A stretch of 64,000 nt of DNA from Fimicolochytrium jonesii (GCF_025526975.1 NW_026515693.1:62001-126000), one strand, 5' to 3'; counted from the stretch's first letter, positions 13,128 through 24,615 are shown. Notes: a model not told the origin generated them from the sequence alone. Numbers and translations: made by a program.

Positions 13128-14447
13128 CTCGACGATTGATTTGTAGTACTATTCTTAGTATTCGCAGACTTGACGGCGTCATCGAGAATTTCCGTAATGC
13201 GTGACCTACCATCAACCTGATTGGCTGAACCTTGTTGTTGATTAGGTTGGCGACTGCGCTGCGGAGTTTGAGCACCACGACCGCGCTGTCGAAAACCACT
13301 GCGTCGGTTCTCGGTTTGCGAGCCTTGCTGTCGATTTTCGGGATTTGACCAGCATTCAACTCTCCAATGTTCCATTTTGTTACAAAGGGGACTAGGAGTC
13401 ATTGGACGTTGACGAGGAACATGAGTAGTTTGCCATTGTCCACGTCGACAAAAGGGCTGTTGACGCTGGTAGAGAACTTGACCTGTTGTGAGACGACTCA
13501 CTCCAGGGGGATAGTATGACGTACCGAGGGCATTGAGCCCAAAGGTCATATCATCTAAGTCTTGCTCGAAATCCGTAATTCGAGGATTGGTGTAAGGGGC
13601 AAATCGTCCGCCACGACCACCGCCACGAATACCTCGACCGCGACTGGCTCCACGGCCGCCACGAGCACTTGTTGCCGAGGCAATCGGACGAGGTGTAGTG
13701 GCTTGGTTGCCGTCAGTGAACCCATGGGCCACATGAGCACGACGGGCTGCAGTGATAGCTTGATCGAGAGTGATAGGGGTGTTGATGTTGGTAGTGCTCG
13801 AGACTTCGAAGTTTGTAACGGGTTCACCGAGATAATGACCGATTACTGTATTCTTGAGAAGACCAGCCTTGAAGTATCGAATCTGATGGATAAGGGGAAT
13901 GGTGCCTTGAGTGTTATCGAGACGATGAGCGGCTTCGAGCTCATTATTGGTGTCTTGAAACTCCTTGATATATTTTTTGAGAGAGTCACCGAGCTTGAGG
14001 CCGGAGAGCTTGAGCTCAATAGTATTACGCAAATTGCGGGGATAAAAGTGAGCGACAAGAGCCGTTTGAAAAGCTGTCCAACTCGCGGGAGCGCCGGCGG
14101 CGTAAGTCGTATTGTACCACTCGAGAGCAGTACCCTTGAGGTAGGTAGTGAGCGTAGGAGCGTATTCTGCCATAGTAAAGGCTATGGCGTTGGCAGCTCC
14201 AGTACCGTCTGGTTCAGCTTGTACAGCCGGGACGGTGAAAGACTCGAGAAAGTTGTGGTGAGACGTAACGAACTCTTCGATCTTTTTGGCAGCTTTGGCA
14301 TCATCATATTCGACGAGCTTGCTCTTGTAAGCTTCCATAAGAAGTCTGAAATGTTTGGTTCATTGGGTGTCTTGCGTAACAGCACGCTCCCAAGTAGCGA
14401 AAGCATCTGCAACAGCCGCAACGATAGCTTGAGTTTGTTGGTCCATT
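13109..14447 (-). pseudogene. Element A gag
   Basis: ORF 13109-14338 with retrotransposon-gag W/F pattern and degenerate knuckle. Its N-terminus (MDQQTQAIVAA) is frameshifted relative to copy 2 (ORF 19217-19585). Confidence 0.85.
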
Positions 14448-14811
14448 CTTGCTTGTGAACGAGTGTAAGGGCGACGCCCAGTAGAGGGGCCACGTTGACA
14501 AGGAATGTCTTGGTGATGCTAGCGGTAGGTGGTGCTACCATGTAACGTCAGAGGAAACGTAGACGATATTGGGCCCTTCTGAGAGGGCTGAGAGCAGTGT
14601 ATTGTAGTGAAGAAAAAAGTAAGAAGCTCTTTGCAGCGGCCGCTCGACTGACAGCCTTATATATGGGCTGCCAGTGGGGCTTGCGTGGCTTCAGTGAGGC
14701 TTGGCGCCTTACGTAATGTATCACCGAGAGCTCTGGTGGCCAGCCCGGGTCTCGGATCAAGTAGAAGTAGATGAGATATCCCCAACAGAAGCCCTCTAGA
14801 ACGCCTTCAAC

Positions 14812-16464
14812 GTGCGTACCGAAGACACGCCTCAATCCGTCACTATGACCTGGCGACAAGCGATGGCCTCCCCTCAATCAGCTGACTTCAAGCTCGCAGC
14901 TGATAGAGAGTTCCAAGCCCTAGTTGATAACGGGACTTGGGAGCTCGTACCCCGTCCGCAAAATCAGCGCGTACTTGGTAGTACTTGGGTACTTTGTCAA
15001 ATCTTCAATCCGGACGGTACTTTCAAGAAATTCAAGGGCTGCGGTGTAGTTCAAGGTTTTCGTCAATCCAAGGGTATTGATTATAACGACACCTACGCTC
15101 CAACCCTACCCATGTCAGTTCTTCGCCTTTTCCTCTCCATTGCCGTCTCTCTTGGTATGGAAATCCATCAACTCGACGTCCCCAACGCGTTCTTACGCAG
15201 CAATATCAACGGACACGTCTATGTTGAACAATTTCAAGGCTACAATGATCCGCAGAAACCACGCGCAGACTGGGTATACCTCCTACGCAAGGCTCTATAC
15301 GGTCTCAAGCAATCTCCGCTTCTCCGGTACCGTACCCTTCGCAAAACCCTCATTTCTCTCGGCTTTACCCCGTTCAAGAACTGCCCTTGCGTCTTCTATC
15401 GCTACGCAACAACGACGCGCACTCTGGACGCTCTCCAGATGCTCCTTATCTATGTGGACGATTTCATCGCCTGCTGCTTTCCCGTACACGTCAAACAAGT
15501 GAAAGGTGAACTATGTTCTCATTTCAACTGTACGGATCTTGGTCCCATCAAGAACTGCCTAGGTCTGGTCTTCGATTACCAGCTCTCGCCGTCAGGGAAC
15601 CAACTCAAAATCAGCAATGTTACCTATATCGACGGTTTACTTGAACGATTTGGACAACAAAACGCTACCCCAGTCTCTACGCCGTGCGCCGTCTCTGCGC
15701 GTACCCGACCAGCCTCCGCAAGCCCCCCTTTTCATAGCAAACTTCTCTACCAGGAAGCAGTGGGGGCCCTCACGTGGGCATCCATTACCTGGCGCTGGGA
15801 TATTTCAACTGCGGTCGGCTTCGTCGCACGTCAAGTCTTAGCTCCTACTCAAGCCGACTGGAATGATGTACTTCCCATAATGCGCTACCTGAAAGGTACC
15901 CGCACCTTCGAGCTTACCTACAAGTCCGGTCATTCAGATCATGCTGGACTTCGCGTCTATACAGACGCATCCTACGCAGACGATGTCAACGACCGCAAAT
16001 CTACCGCGGGCATCGCCAGCTTCTTCAACGGCCAGCTTATATACTGGAAAAGCACCAAGCAGAAGTGCGTAGCTCTCAGCTCCACGGAAGCTGAGTATAT
16101 CGCCGCATCCCTCGGTTACAACGAGGTCATATGGCTCCGCTCGATCATCGCGGAGGTCTTCGGTGACAAATACGGCAACATCAAGGACCCCACGCCACTC
16201 CACATCGACAGTCAGAGCGCCCGCGAGATTGCCAACTCCACGGCTATTACTCAACGCTCCAAACACATCGACGTACGCTACCACAAGCTACGCGACGGCG
16301 TGGCAAAGAAAGACGTTGTACCCCTCGACACCGCGACGCAGGAACAACTGGCTGATTACTTCACAAAGTTTTTTCCTCCCAAGACACATACGAAATTTAT
16401 TCAAGCAATTCAAGAAGGACGCGTCGACAGCAATAGACAGCCGGCGACGACTATGTCCGAATGA
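14812..16464 (+). CDS. Copia reverse transcriptase-RNase H (C-terminal part of pol, frame uninterrupted)
   Basis: NGTWELVPRP, GIDYNDTYAP, QLDVPNAFL, LRKALYGLKQS, IYVDD, DASYA..RKST, SSTEAEY, SKHIDVRYH, QLADYFTK. Confidence 0.95.
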   Translation: MRTEDTPQSVTMTWRQAMASPQSADFKLAADREFQALVDNGTWELVPRPQNQRVLGSTWVLCQIFNPDGTFKKFKGCGVVQGFRQSKGIDYNDTYAPTLPMSVLRLFLSIAVSLGMEIHQLDVPNAFLRSNINGHVYVEQFQGYNDPQKPRADWVYLLRKALYGLKQSPLLRYRTLRKTLISLGFTPFKNCPCVFYRYATTTRTLDALQMLLIYVDDFIACCFPVHVKQVKGELCSHFNCTDLGPIKNCLGLVFDYQLSPSGNQLKISNVTYIDGLLERFGQQNATPVSTPCAVSARTRPASASPPFHSKLLYQEAVGALTWASITWRWDISTAVGFVARQVLAPTQADWNDVLPIMRYLKGTRTFELTYKSGHSDHAGLRVYTDASYADDVNDRKSTAGIASFFNGQLIYWKSTKQKCVALSSTEAEYIAASLGYNEVIWLRSIIAEVFGDKYGNIKDPTPLHIDSQSAREIANSTAITQRSKHIDVRYHKLRDGVAKKDVVPLDTATQEQLADYFTKFFPPKTHTKFIQAIQEGRVDSNRQPATTMSE

Positions 16465-16522
16465 GACATACGGAACACCCGTACCGGGACGGCTTCTGGG
16501 CACTACATACAAATCCGGCACC

Positions 16523-17176
16523 TTAACCCGCCACCGTGATAGCCGCCGCTGCCCCGGCACCGGGGGCTCGACCGGCTCCGGCTCCGCCTCCACCAGGCGG
16601 ACCCCCTGGACCACCTCCCCCGCCGTTTCCGTCACCGTCTCCATCCTCACTCGAAGACCAATCATCCATGTGCTTTTGCAAGTACTGGAGTCGCTTCATC
16701 ATCTTGTCTCGCTCCCGTCTCTCGACTGCATCACTGCGGCGCTTCGCGTCTATCATCTTTTCTTTTGATATGCCGCCTTTTGCCTTATATCGCGACTCCG
16801 AGACTGCCTTACATCCAAGGTAGTCTGCCTCCTCCATCAATGCCTTGAACAACCCCTTCTTTCGCTTCGATCGATCCAGTTCCGCCTTTGTAAACGCCAG
16901 GTGCTTCGCGAGGTTCTCATGGTTATCCTTGCGGTACCTCAACGTCGATACCTCTGTCGCCAATCGAAGAGCTTCTCTAACTCGGGCTTTCGACATCGAA
17001 GAGTTGCTTGCGGACGCTGCGGACGATGCGCGCGTAGAGCGCGTAGTCGGACGTGAGGGTCCCGGAGGAGGTGCAGCTGGAGGGGCTGCGGGCGCTCCCG
17101 TCTTACGGGCCGTTTGCTTCTTCTTGCCGTCGCCGCTCTTCTTGCCACTCCCGCTGTTCTTGCCTCCGTTCGCCAT
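16523..17176 (-). CDS. Antisense accessory protein of Copia H, 217 aa, with H3-tail-like KQTARKTG motif
   Basis: Intact ORF between pol stop and PPT; AACAATGG start context; TATAAAA at 17276..17270; basic N-terminus, Pro linker, charged helical core, acidic/Gly-rich tail. Confidence 0.72.
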   Translation of the reverse strand: MANGGKNSGSGKKSGDGKKKQTARKTGAPAAPPAAPPPGPSRPTTRSTRASSAASASNSSMSKARVREALRLATEVSTLRYRKDNHENLAKHLAFTKAELDRSKRKKGLFKALMEEADYLGCKAVSESRYKAKGGISKEKMIDAKRRSDAVERRERDKMMKRLQYLQKHMDDWSSSEDGDGDGNGGGGGPGGPPGGGGAGAGRAPGAGAAAAITVAG

Positions 17177-17688
17177 TGTTTCGCGTATCGTGTGGTAGTC
17201 TGGGATACGGTAGTTGAGTATGGGGAACGTTGGTCTTACCTCTCTGGGGCAACTGACAGCTGTCTCTTGTTTTATACTCGCGGCGTTTCCCCCCTTCTTT
17301 CATTTTACTCTTTCATTTCTTTCAATTTTAGTCATAGCTAGTCACCCAACGTCCGCCAGCTTTTCGCGTACGGCCACACCATTGTACTCATTGTTTGCTT
17401 TATCTTTCACTTAGATAGACTCATGAGTTTGAGTGGGGGTGTTGGAGGTATCATCCTCCCGAGTCCCCGGTTAGGGTTCCCGTACGTTATTTCCTCACCT
17501 GACTCCCCTCCCGCTTACGCCACACTTCCGCGTACGGGACTTCACTCTTTTCTTCCCTTTTGGACCTCGCGTCCTCTTTTCACTTTAGACTTTTCTACAC
17601 AAGACAATACATACTTCACAGTACAGCATTGCACACTACATAGAGTTCGTTCAGTCATCTGCTTCCTCTGCCGACTACTGCTAAGTGA

Positions 17689-20600
17689 TCTCGTTGAACA
17701 TTGAAGTAAGGGTTGTTGTGTTTCGGGATGTATTCGACGTCTTCCCAGTTTCTTGAAGTTCTTTCGCACTTGATGGTAACAGAGTGCGGTGCGTTTGGTA
17801 TAGGGCCGTAATTGGTCCAGCAAAGGATAGGTAAGGTACTCATCGAGAATTGTTCAGCGTAATTAAAGAAACGCCAGAAAGGCATTCCAATAAAAGCGTC
17901 GTAAGCCAGATTACTGACTAGCCAGGGAAGTTGTCCAACTAAGAAAAGCGACTGAGATTCGAGATCCCATAGATCTAACTTTTCCGAAACGACTGTGTCG
18001 AGAATCATGTATGATTCTTTGTCGGCCAGCCATATCTGCTTCAGTTCGATACGTTTCTTGGGAAATTTGAGCTTTTCGACGAATGTCTTGTCAAGGAATA
18101 ACCCAGTTGCGCCGCTATCGAAAAGAAACCGAGCAAACTTGTTTCCGATGCGACAATGAGAGACCCAGAGTCCAGCAGACAGTGGTTCGAAGGCAGGTTT
18201 ATCAGTAGGATCGTATGTTGTAGGCCGAGCAGAGCTACCGAGGGGCTCTATCGACCTTGGAAAAAACTCGAAGATTGATTTGTAGTAGTATTCGTAGTAT
18301 TCGCAGAGTTGACGGCGTCATCAAGAATTTCCGTAATGCGTGACCCAGCATCAACCTGATTGGCTGAACCTTATTGTTGATTAGGTTGGCAACTGCGCTG
18401 CGGAGTTTGAGCGCCACGACCGCGCTGCCAAAAACCGACGCGTCGGTTCTGGGTTTGCGAGCCTTGCTGTTGATTTTCGGGATTCGACCAGCATTCAACT
18501 CTCCAATGTCCCATTTTGTTACAAAGGGGACAAGGAGTTGTTGGACGTTGACGAGGAACGTGAGTAGTTTGCCATTGTCCACGTCGACAAAAGGGCTGTT
18601 GACGTTGGTTGGGAACTTGACCTGTGGTGAGACGACTCACTCCAGGGGGGTAGTATGACGTACCGAGAGCATTGAGCCCAAAGGTCATATCATCTAAGTC
18701 TTGCTCGAATTCCGTAATTCAAGGGTTGGTGCAAGGTGCGAATCGTCCGCCACGACCACCGCCACGACTACCTTGACCATGACTGGCTCCACGGCCGCCA
18801 CGAGCACTTGTTGCCAGGGCAATCGGACGAGGTGTATTGGCTTGGTTGCCGTCAGTGAACCCATGAGCCACATGAGCACGACGAGCTGCAGTGATAGCTT
18901 GATCGAGAGTGATAGGGGTGTTGATGTTGGTAGTGCTCGAGACTTCAAAGTTCGTAACGGCTTCAGCGAGATAATGACCGATTACCGTATTCTTGAGAAG
19001 ACCGGCCTTGAAGTATCGAATTTGATCGATAAGGGGAATGGTGCCTTGAGTGTTATCGAGACGATGAGCGGCTTCGAGCTCATTATTGGTGTCTTGAAAC
19101 TCCTTGATATATTTTTCAAGAGAGTCACCGAGCTTGAGGCCGGAGAGCTTGAGCTCAATAGTATTACGCAAGTTGCGAGGATAAAAGTGAGCGACAAGAG
19201 CCATTTCAAAAGCTGCTCAATTTGCGGGAGGTCCAGCGGCGTAAGTCGTATTGTACCACTCGAGAGCAGTACCCTTGAGATAGGTGGTGAGCGTAGGGGC
19301 GTACTCTGCCATAGTAAAGGCTATGGCGGTGGCAGCTCCAGTACCGTCTGATCCAGGTTGTACAGCCGGGACAGTGAGAGACTCTAGAAAGTTGTGGTGA
19401 GACGTAACCAACTCTTTGATCTTTCTGGCAGCTTTGGCGCCATCGTATTCGACGAGCTTGTTCTTGCGAGCGTCCGTAAGAAGTTTGAAACGTTCGGCTT
19501 GTTGGGTTTCTTGCGTACTAGCACGCTGCTGAGTAGCGAAAGCAGCTGCGACAGCCGCAACGATAGCTTGAGTCTGTGCGTCCATTCTTGCTTGTGAACG
19601 AGTGTAAGGGCGACGTCCGGTAGAGGGGCAACGTTGTCAAGGAATGTCTTGATGATGCTAGCAGTAGGTGGTGCTACCATGTAACGTCAGAGGAAACGTA
19701 GACGATATTGGGCCCTTCTGAGAGGGCTGAGAGCAGTGTATTGTAGTGAAGAAAAAAGTAAGAAGCTCTTCGCAGCGGCCGCCCGACTGACAGCTTTATA
19801 TATGGGCTGCCAGTGGGGCTTGCGTGGCTTCAGTGAGGCTTGGCGCCTTATGTATCGTATCACCGAGAGCTTGGGTGGCCAGCCCGGGTCTCGGATCAAG
19901 TAGAAGTAAAGAGATATAATATGAAATACAAGTGAAGATGAGATACCCGGACACCTCCCTCAGATCCTGAGGAGGGCGCCGAATAAATAAGAGGTGAACT
20001 ACGAGGGATATGTGAAGAAAGGGAGAGCTCATGTTCATTTTATAGTGTTGACAAACTGTGTGATGTGTGTGTTTGAGGCAAAGGCGTCCCTAAGCCGACA
20101 TCGTGTATGATATGTGTGTGTAAGGTCGGTTCTTGCGTCGCTGCGCGTGATGTGATGTAGTTTACGTCGCTATTGTCAGCGGTGCGATTGATAGTGAGCG
20201 GTTCTTGCGGCGTTGTGCGTGTGATGTGATATGAGATGCTCTATGCTGTTCATCTCCGTATCCACAAAGATTGTGGATGTGCTCTTCGCCATCCTTTGTA
20301 GACAGGCGTGTAGCGAAGTGCAGATTCGGGTTCCCAGGTAGGGTCAGGATAACCGAGCCATTTGACTGGAAGATCTTGTATGGCGCGTCGCTCGTCAATG
20401 ATATCTTCTACAACCCATTCAGGTTGTCCGCGTTCTTTGATTGGTGGAGGAGGTTGTGGAACTGCACATTGTGGATATTGCTCTTCGCGGTGTGGTCATA
20501 AAATATCAACATGAAAGACGGGCCAGATGCCGCTGATCTTCGATGGTGATAAATCGAGTCCGTAGGTATCGGGATGTGCTCCCAGTGCGATGATTTTGAA

Positions 20601-20702
20601 TGGTCCAATCCACAAAGCTGAGTATCAAAGTCCTCTTCAAGCGTCTACTTCTAGGTTGATTCCTTGTCAATTCAGATCGACGAGGTCGCCAATTTTGTAT
20701 GC
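17689..20702 (-). mobile_element. Chromovirus A, copy 2 (protease-gag-PBS-LTR followed by a chromodomain-coding segment)
   Basis: 17689-19679 aligns with 12550-14540; 19680-20702 aligns with 8349-9730 minus the solo-LTR insertion; several premature stops. Confidence 0.92.
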
Positions 20703-20738
20703 TTTCATAATCATACTTCTTATACGGGGTCGGGAATT

Positions 20739-21004
20739 TGTTGGAGGTTTCATACTCCCAAGTCCTTAGTTAGGGTTCCCGTAGCTTAGTCCCTGGTTAG
20801 GGTTTCTACTAGTTAAGTTCCCTTGTGACTCACCTCCCGCTTACGCCACGCTTACGCGTACGGGAGTTCACTCTTTTCTTCCCCTTCGGACCTCGCGTCC
20901 TCTTTTCTACTAAGAGACTTCAATACATACTTCACAGTACTACATCTCACACATCATAGAGTTCGCTCAGTCATCTGCTTCCTCTGCCGACTACTGCTAA
21001 GTGA
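20739..21004 (+). mobile_element. Second copy of the Copia H LTR (right boundary uncertain, may extend to ~21070-21140)
   Basis: TGTTGGAGG start and high similarity to 17440-17688 (e.g. CAGTCATCTGCTTCCTCTGCCGACTACTGCTAAGTGA). Confidence 0.85.
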
Positions 21005-22050
21005 ATTATGGGGACGGTTACAAAATCCGAAATTGGGAATATCTGCGGGTTTGACGACAAAACATTACAACGGGGTTAATCCAATCTCACTCTCAGCTCT
21101 TCCTATGAGATTCCTGAACTATCAAGTCCTCGGCAACATCAGCAAAGTACAAGTCGTGACACTCGGGGTCGTCTTGTCTATGCTCTCCGGGTCTCTGAGC
21201 GCGCCTTGAAAGTCTATCTGAAACTGAAAGAAGTCGTCGGGAGTAGAGAAGTAGAGAGCTCTGTTGTCGATCGGGATCTGTGTTCTGCGTACACGGATCT
21301 GAGTTTTTGCGTATCGTACAAAGGTCTGGGGAAAACAGGCGGGTTTTTATATGGATTTTTCTAGGCTACGGGATTTTGTCGAAGTCCAAACTCTCTACTA
21401 GTTGTCTCTAGAGGATTTAGCTACGTCTGGGTCTTTTTCTCTTTTCCTGCAGCGGTCTACGTCGTTTTTACTTTTCCCATTCGCAATTTCTACGCTGATA
21501 CAGTCTTATCGCTAATCATTTCTTCAACGTTCGGCGGGTTTTTCTTCAACGTTCGGCGTATACGGCCACCGGAAATTGGTTTTCTCGTTTCGCAGTTGAT
21601 TTCTTCAGCATTTCGGGCATCGTGGGAGCTTCTGGTTGGTTGAGAATCGGGTCGGGGGTGCTTTCATGTGTGAGAACCTCTCCTACGCCTACATTTTTCG
21701 CATGTCAGTCGTATCCGAGGACAAAATATCGTGGTGAAGACAGGTTTCGGTAAAGGCAGTTGTATTTGGTAATCGTCGGAGTGTTGGGAACGCGAGTGTG
21801 TCGATTTTTTGTCGAAAGTTTTGATGGTATTTGTCATTGTCGTATGAAAGTGAATTCATTTATTCGTCAAAGATTCTAGGCGTATAATTGGCATCAAAAT
21901 ATTATTGATTTCATGCGCAGTTCGAAGCGCACTACTACAGCGGTAGCTGGCAGAGGAGAGCGGACTATGAGTGAGCTCTATGTGATGGGGAGGCGAAGCC
22001 CTTTATTGTATAAGAACTTATACCGTGTTGCCTGAAGTAGAAAGAGGATA

Positions 22051-22253
22051 TGTTGAGGACTACCTCCCACAAGGGTTGTATGACTGATGTTTGTAGACAA
22101 TAGCTACTTTGCTGTAAGGTATTGTAGACGGACTGGATGTTTGCCAGCGCTGCTATTCGATATGCAGCCAAAGAACTACTTGTTGTGAATAGGAACGCGT
22201 GACGAGCACTGTTTAAAGTACCCATGAGGCTGAAATCCACCGGAGAACACCGT
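22051..22253 (-). mobile_element. Diverged partial LTR of the 8820-9146 family
   Basis: Aligns with 31314-31516 (GGACTACCT...CTACTTTGCTGTAAGGTAT.GTAGACGGACTGG...GGAGAACAC). Confidence 0.85.
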
Positions 22254-24611
22254 GGCGAAGAGGTCCACAGTGTGGCCGTGGGGGCCTCCCCAGGGTCCAA
22301 CATCGAGTTGTTCGAAGATGTCCGGGTGTAATTGCCAATTGTTCTTCTCAACCAAGTTGATCCAGTAAAGTTCTTTTTCGGGCGGCGGAGACAGGTAGCG
22401 GGTTCGGTCAGGGTCCTCCGAGTCGAGTTCTTATTCTCTCGACTTGGACAGGTGTTGGGGTTGTAACGATTCCTCAGCTATCATTATGTCTCCACGCGTT
22501 TCCCAGTCGCTTGCGGAGTCGGAATCACTGCCTCTTATCGGTTCTGACGGTGACCGAGCATGTGGGTTCCAGGACTAGGAGGCTCTCGGCCCCTGGCCCT
22601 GCCAGGGAAAGTGCCGCTTGTCAGCATCGGCATTTCCCACCTCAGGGCTTTGTTTCTTGGGGCATACTGGTCTCCCCGTCTCGCGGTCCATGTCCTCCTG
22701 AAGTGGTTACCCCTGCAGGCAAAACACTTTCCATCTCCGATCCTTGGTATTCCTCTCGACGACTGGCCATTGGTAATCTGCACCTTGGCCATTTGGCGGC
22801 AATTTCAGCAACCCCCTCCTTCACAACTTCTTGTACCTGCGTACTGAGGTCATTCTGCCCCTGCTGGCCATAGTCGCTACCTGGGTACGGCTGGCAGAGG
22901 TAGGGACCTTGTTGTCGGTCCATCATGTACGCTCCGTAACCGGAGTCATCATCCCCGTCATTGTCAAATTCTGTCAGGTTTACGGCCCCTCCTAGATGTC
23001 CACATCGGCTACCGGTTAAACGTAGATCCTCTTTGAACTCGGCGATTTTGTTCTCCGCCGCGTGCTTTGCTAGGTTTTCGACATCTGCGGTAAGCATTGT
23101 ATTAGGTAGGGCAATTTGAACGGCTGTCTTCACAATGGGCAACGGGGATCCTCGCTGAGGCCAGAACTACTTGTTATGCTTCCTGTTGCGGTGATGATGG
23201 CTTCGTTTGTCTTCCAAAGAAAAAGCAGAAGAGGAGCCACTGGTGCTCGACCCTGAGTCCGGTGAGGACGAGGAGGAGCTTCGGGCATGGCGTCGGCTTT
23301 GGAGCCGTTTCTTGTCGATCCTTCGGTACCTCCTCGATTTTGTCTTGCTCACGAGGCCTGTGGCCTTGGTAGAAGGCGTACTTGAGTTGGCCTAGCTTAA
23401 CAGCAACGTCACCGAGGCAGGAATTAGCTTCCTGAGTCGAATTGAGAAGTCGCGCAACGTTTCCTGCTTGAGTTTCTTCATGCTGGCTACTTTTCCCGAG
23501 TGGTAGATAGGAGGTATCTTCTCGTCATACTGAGCTAAGAATTGCTCCTTGAATTGCTCAAACGGAGTGTTGGTCAACGACAGACTGTTCCACCATTTCT
23601 TCGCTCCATCCTTGAAGAGGGGATCAAACTTGGGCACCATGTCATTGAGGTTATCGAAGTACCTTTGGTCTACGGCCCTTTGAGCTTCGTACTTCAGCCT
23701 CTCGAGGAATCTGTACGCGTCTTCTCCCGGCTTGCCCTTGAATCTTGCCGAGATGTCATTCTTCAACTTCCAATGGGCTCGCTCAAATCCTGTTGCGGCC
23801 GCTTCAAGTACCGTGGCCGCCGTTGGGGCCACTGGGGTGGCTCTAGCACATGGTCCGTCTGCCATTTCCTCTTGATCCTGATCGGGATTCCTTCTGCCAA
23901 CCGGTGTGTACCAGATGTCCTCTTGTTTCAGTCCTTGGTTGGGGGTCTTTGCTCGGGCTTGTTCTTGAGGAGTCACCGGGGCAACAGCGGAAGTAGCTGG
24001 ATGGATGGATGGATAGGTAGATGGTGGTTGCACAATAGAATACACAGGGGGATTCGGGGATGGTGGGCTTGGTACGGGGGCAGCAGGACTGCTAGGTGGG
24101 CCTGATACGGGGGCAGCTGGACTGCTAGGTGTGTCCGGTGTCAGGGACAGGTTCACGCCAGATGCTGAGCCTTGGTCTGGCAACAATTCCTTGGACGATG
24201 ATTCCTTGCCTTGGAATTGCGTACTCTCTGTGCTGCTAGGACGAGTCGTTTTCGATCGTATGCTGCTCGTTGGGCTGTCACACTACTTGCAGCAATTGCT
24301 TGCTGGGTCGACGAGCGGCTTGAGAGGAACGGAGACTAGCAAGAAATTCTGCGTCAGCCAGTTTCGCTATCTTGATCTTGGTGAAGATCTATCGTCTGAT
24401 CTTCAATCTCTGGTGGAGATTGGTGCCTCGCTTCTCCACAGGGCAACAGAGAATGCGACGCGGGGTAGGTTTCTTGTAAGGTGGCAGATGTGGTTTGCCG
24501 ATCCGTTCTGGGAAATGACCTCGTAGATTCCTTGTAATTCCTTCCTTGTTTTTCCTTTAAGGTGGTCTCTTCTTTTCCAGCCCCTGAGATAGGTCCTAAA
24601 TCGGGTCGTTC
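22254..24611 (-). pseudogene. Decayed Gypsy-like gag(-protease) relic 'E'
   Basis: ORF 23392-24186 (FKGKPGEDAYRFLERL...AKKWWNSL...FEQFKEQFLAQY) is gag-like. Degenerate knuckle KCFACRGNHFRR and MLDPG protease-like motif lie in broken frames. Confidence 0.72.
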
Positions 24612-24615
24612 GGAG

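Larger units (their letters stand above)
8349..14786 (-). mobile_element. Ty3/Gypsy chromovirus 'A', copy 1 (3' LTR from 8349, truncated 5' LTR 14541-14786)
   Basis: LTR end TGTAACGTCAGAGG (plus strand) recurs at 8349, 14541 and 19680. PBS TGGTAGCA (tRNA-iMet-like) at 14540..14533. Gag 13109-14338, protease FLFDSGATG, RT YLDD, RH, IN core (VTDREP, QTDGKVER) and chromodomain 9269-9571 (EWVVEDII..VKWLGYP..TWEP). Confidence 0.93.
14787..17688 (+). mobile_element. 5'-truncated Ty1/Copia element 'H': RT-RNase H, antisense accessory gene, PPT and partial 3' LTR (17440-17688)
   Basis: Copia RT/RH ORF; PPT GAGTGGGGG (17431-17439) immediately before TGTTGGAGG; a second copy of this LTR starts at 20739. 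Confidence 0.92.

Noticed and set aside
13562..14458. 298-aa plus-strand ORF antisense to gag of A (similar cases at 50411-51334, 52382-53242 and within 56-58 kb)
   Set aside because: Shadow frames of GC-rich coding sequence, fully overlapping a recognisable gene, with no ATG context or motifs.
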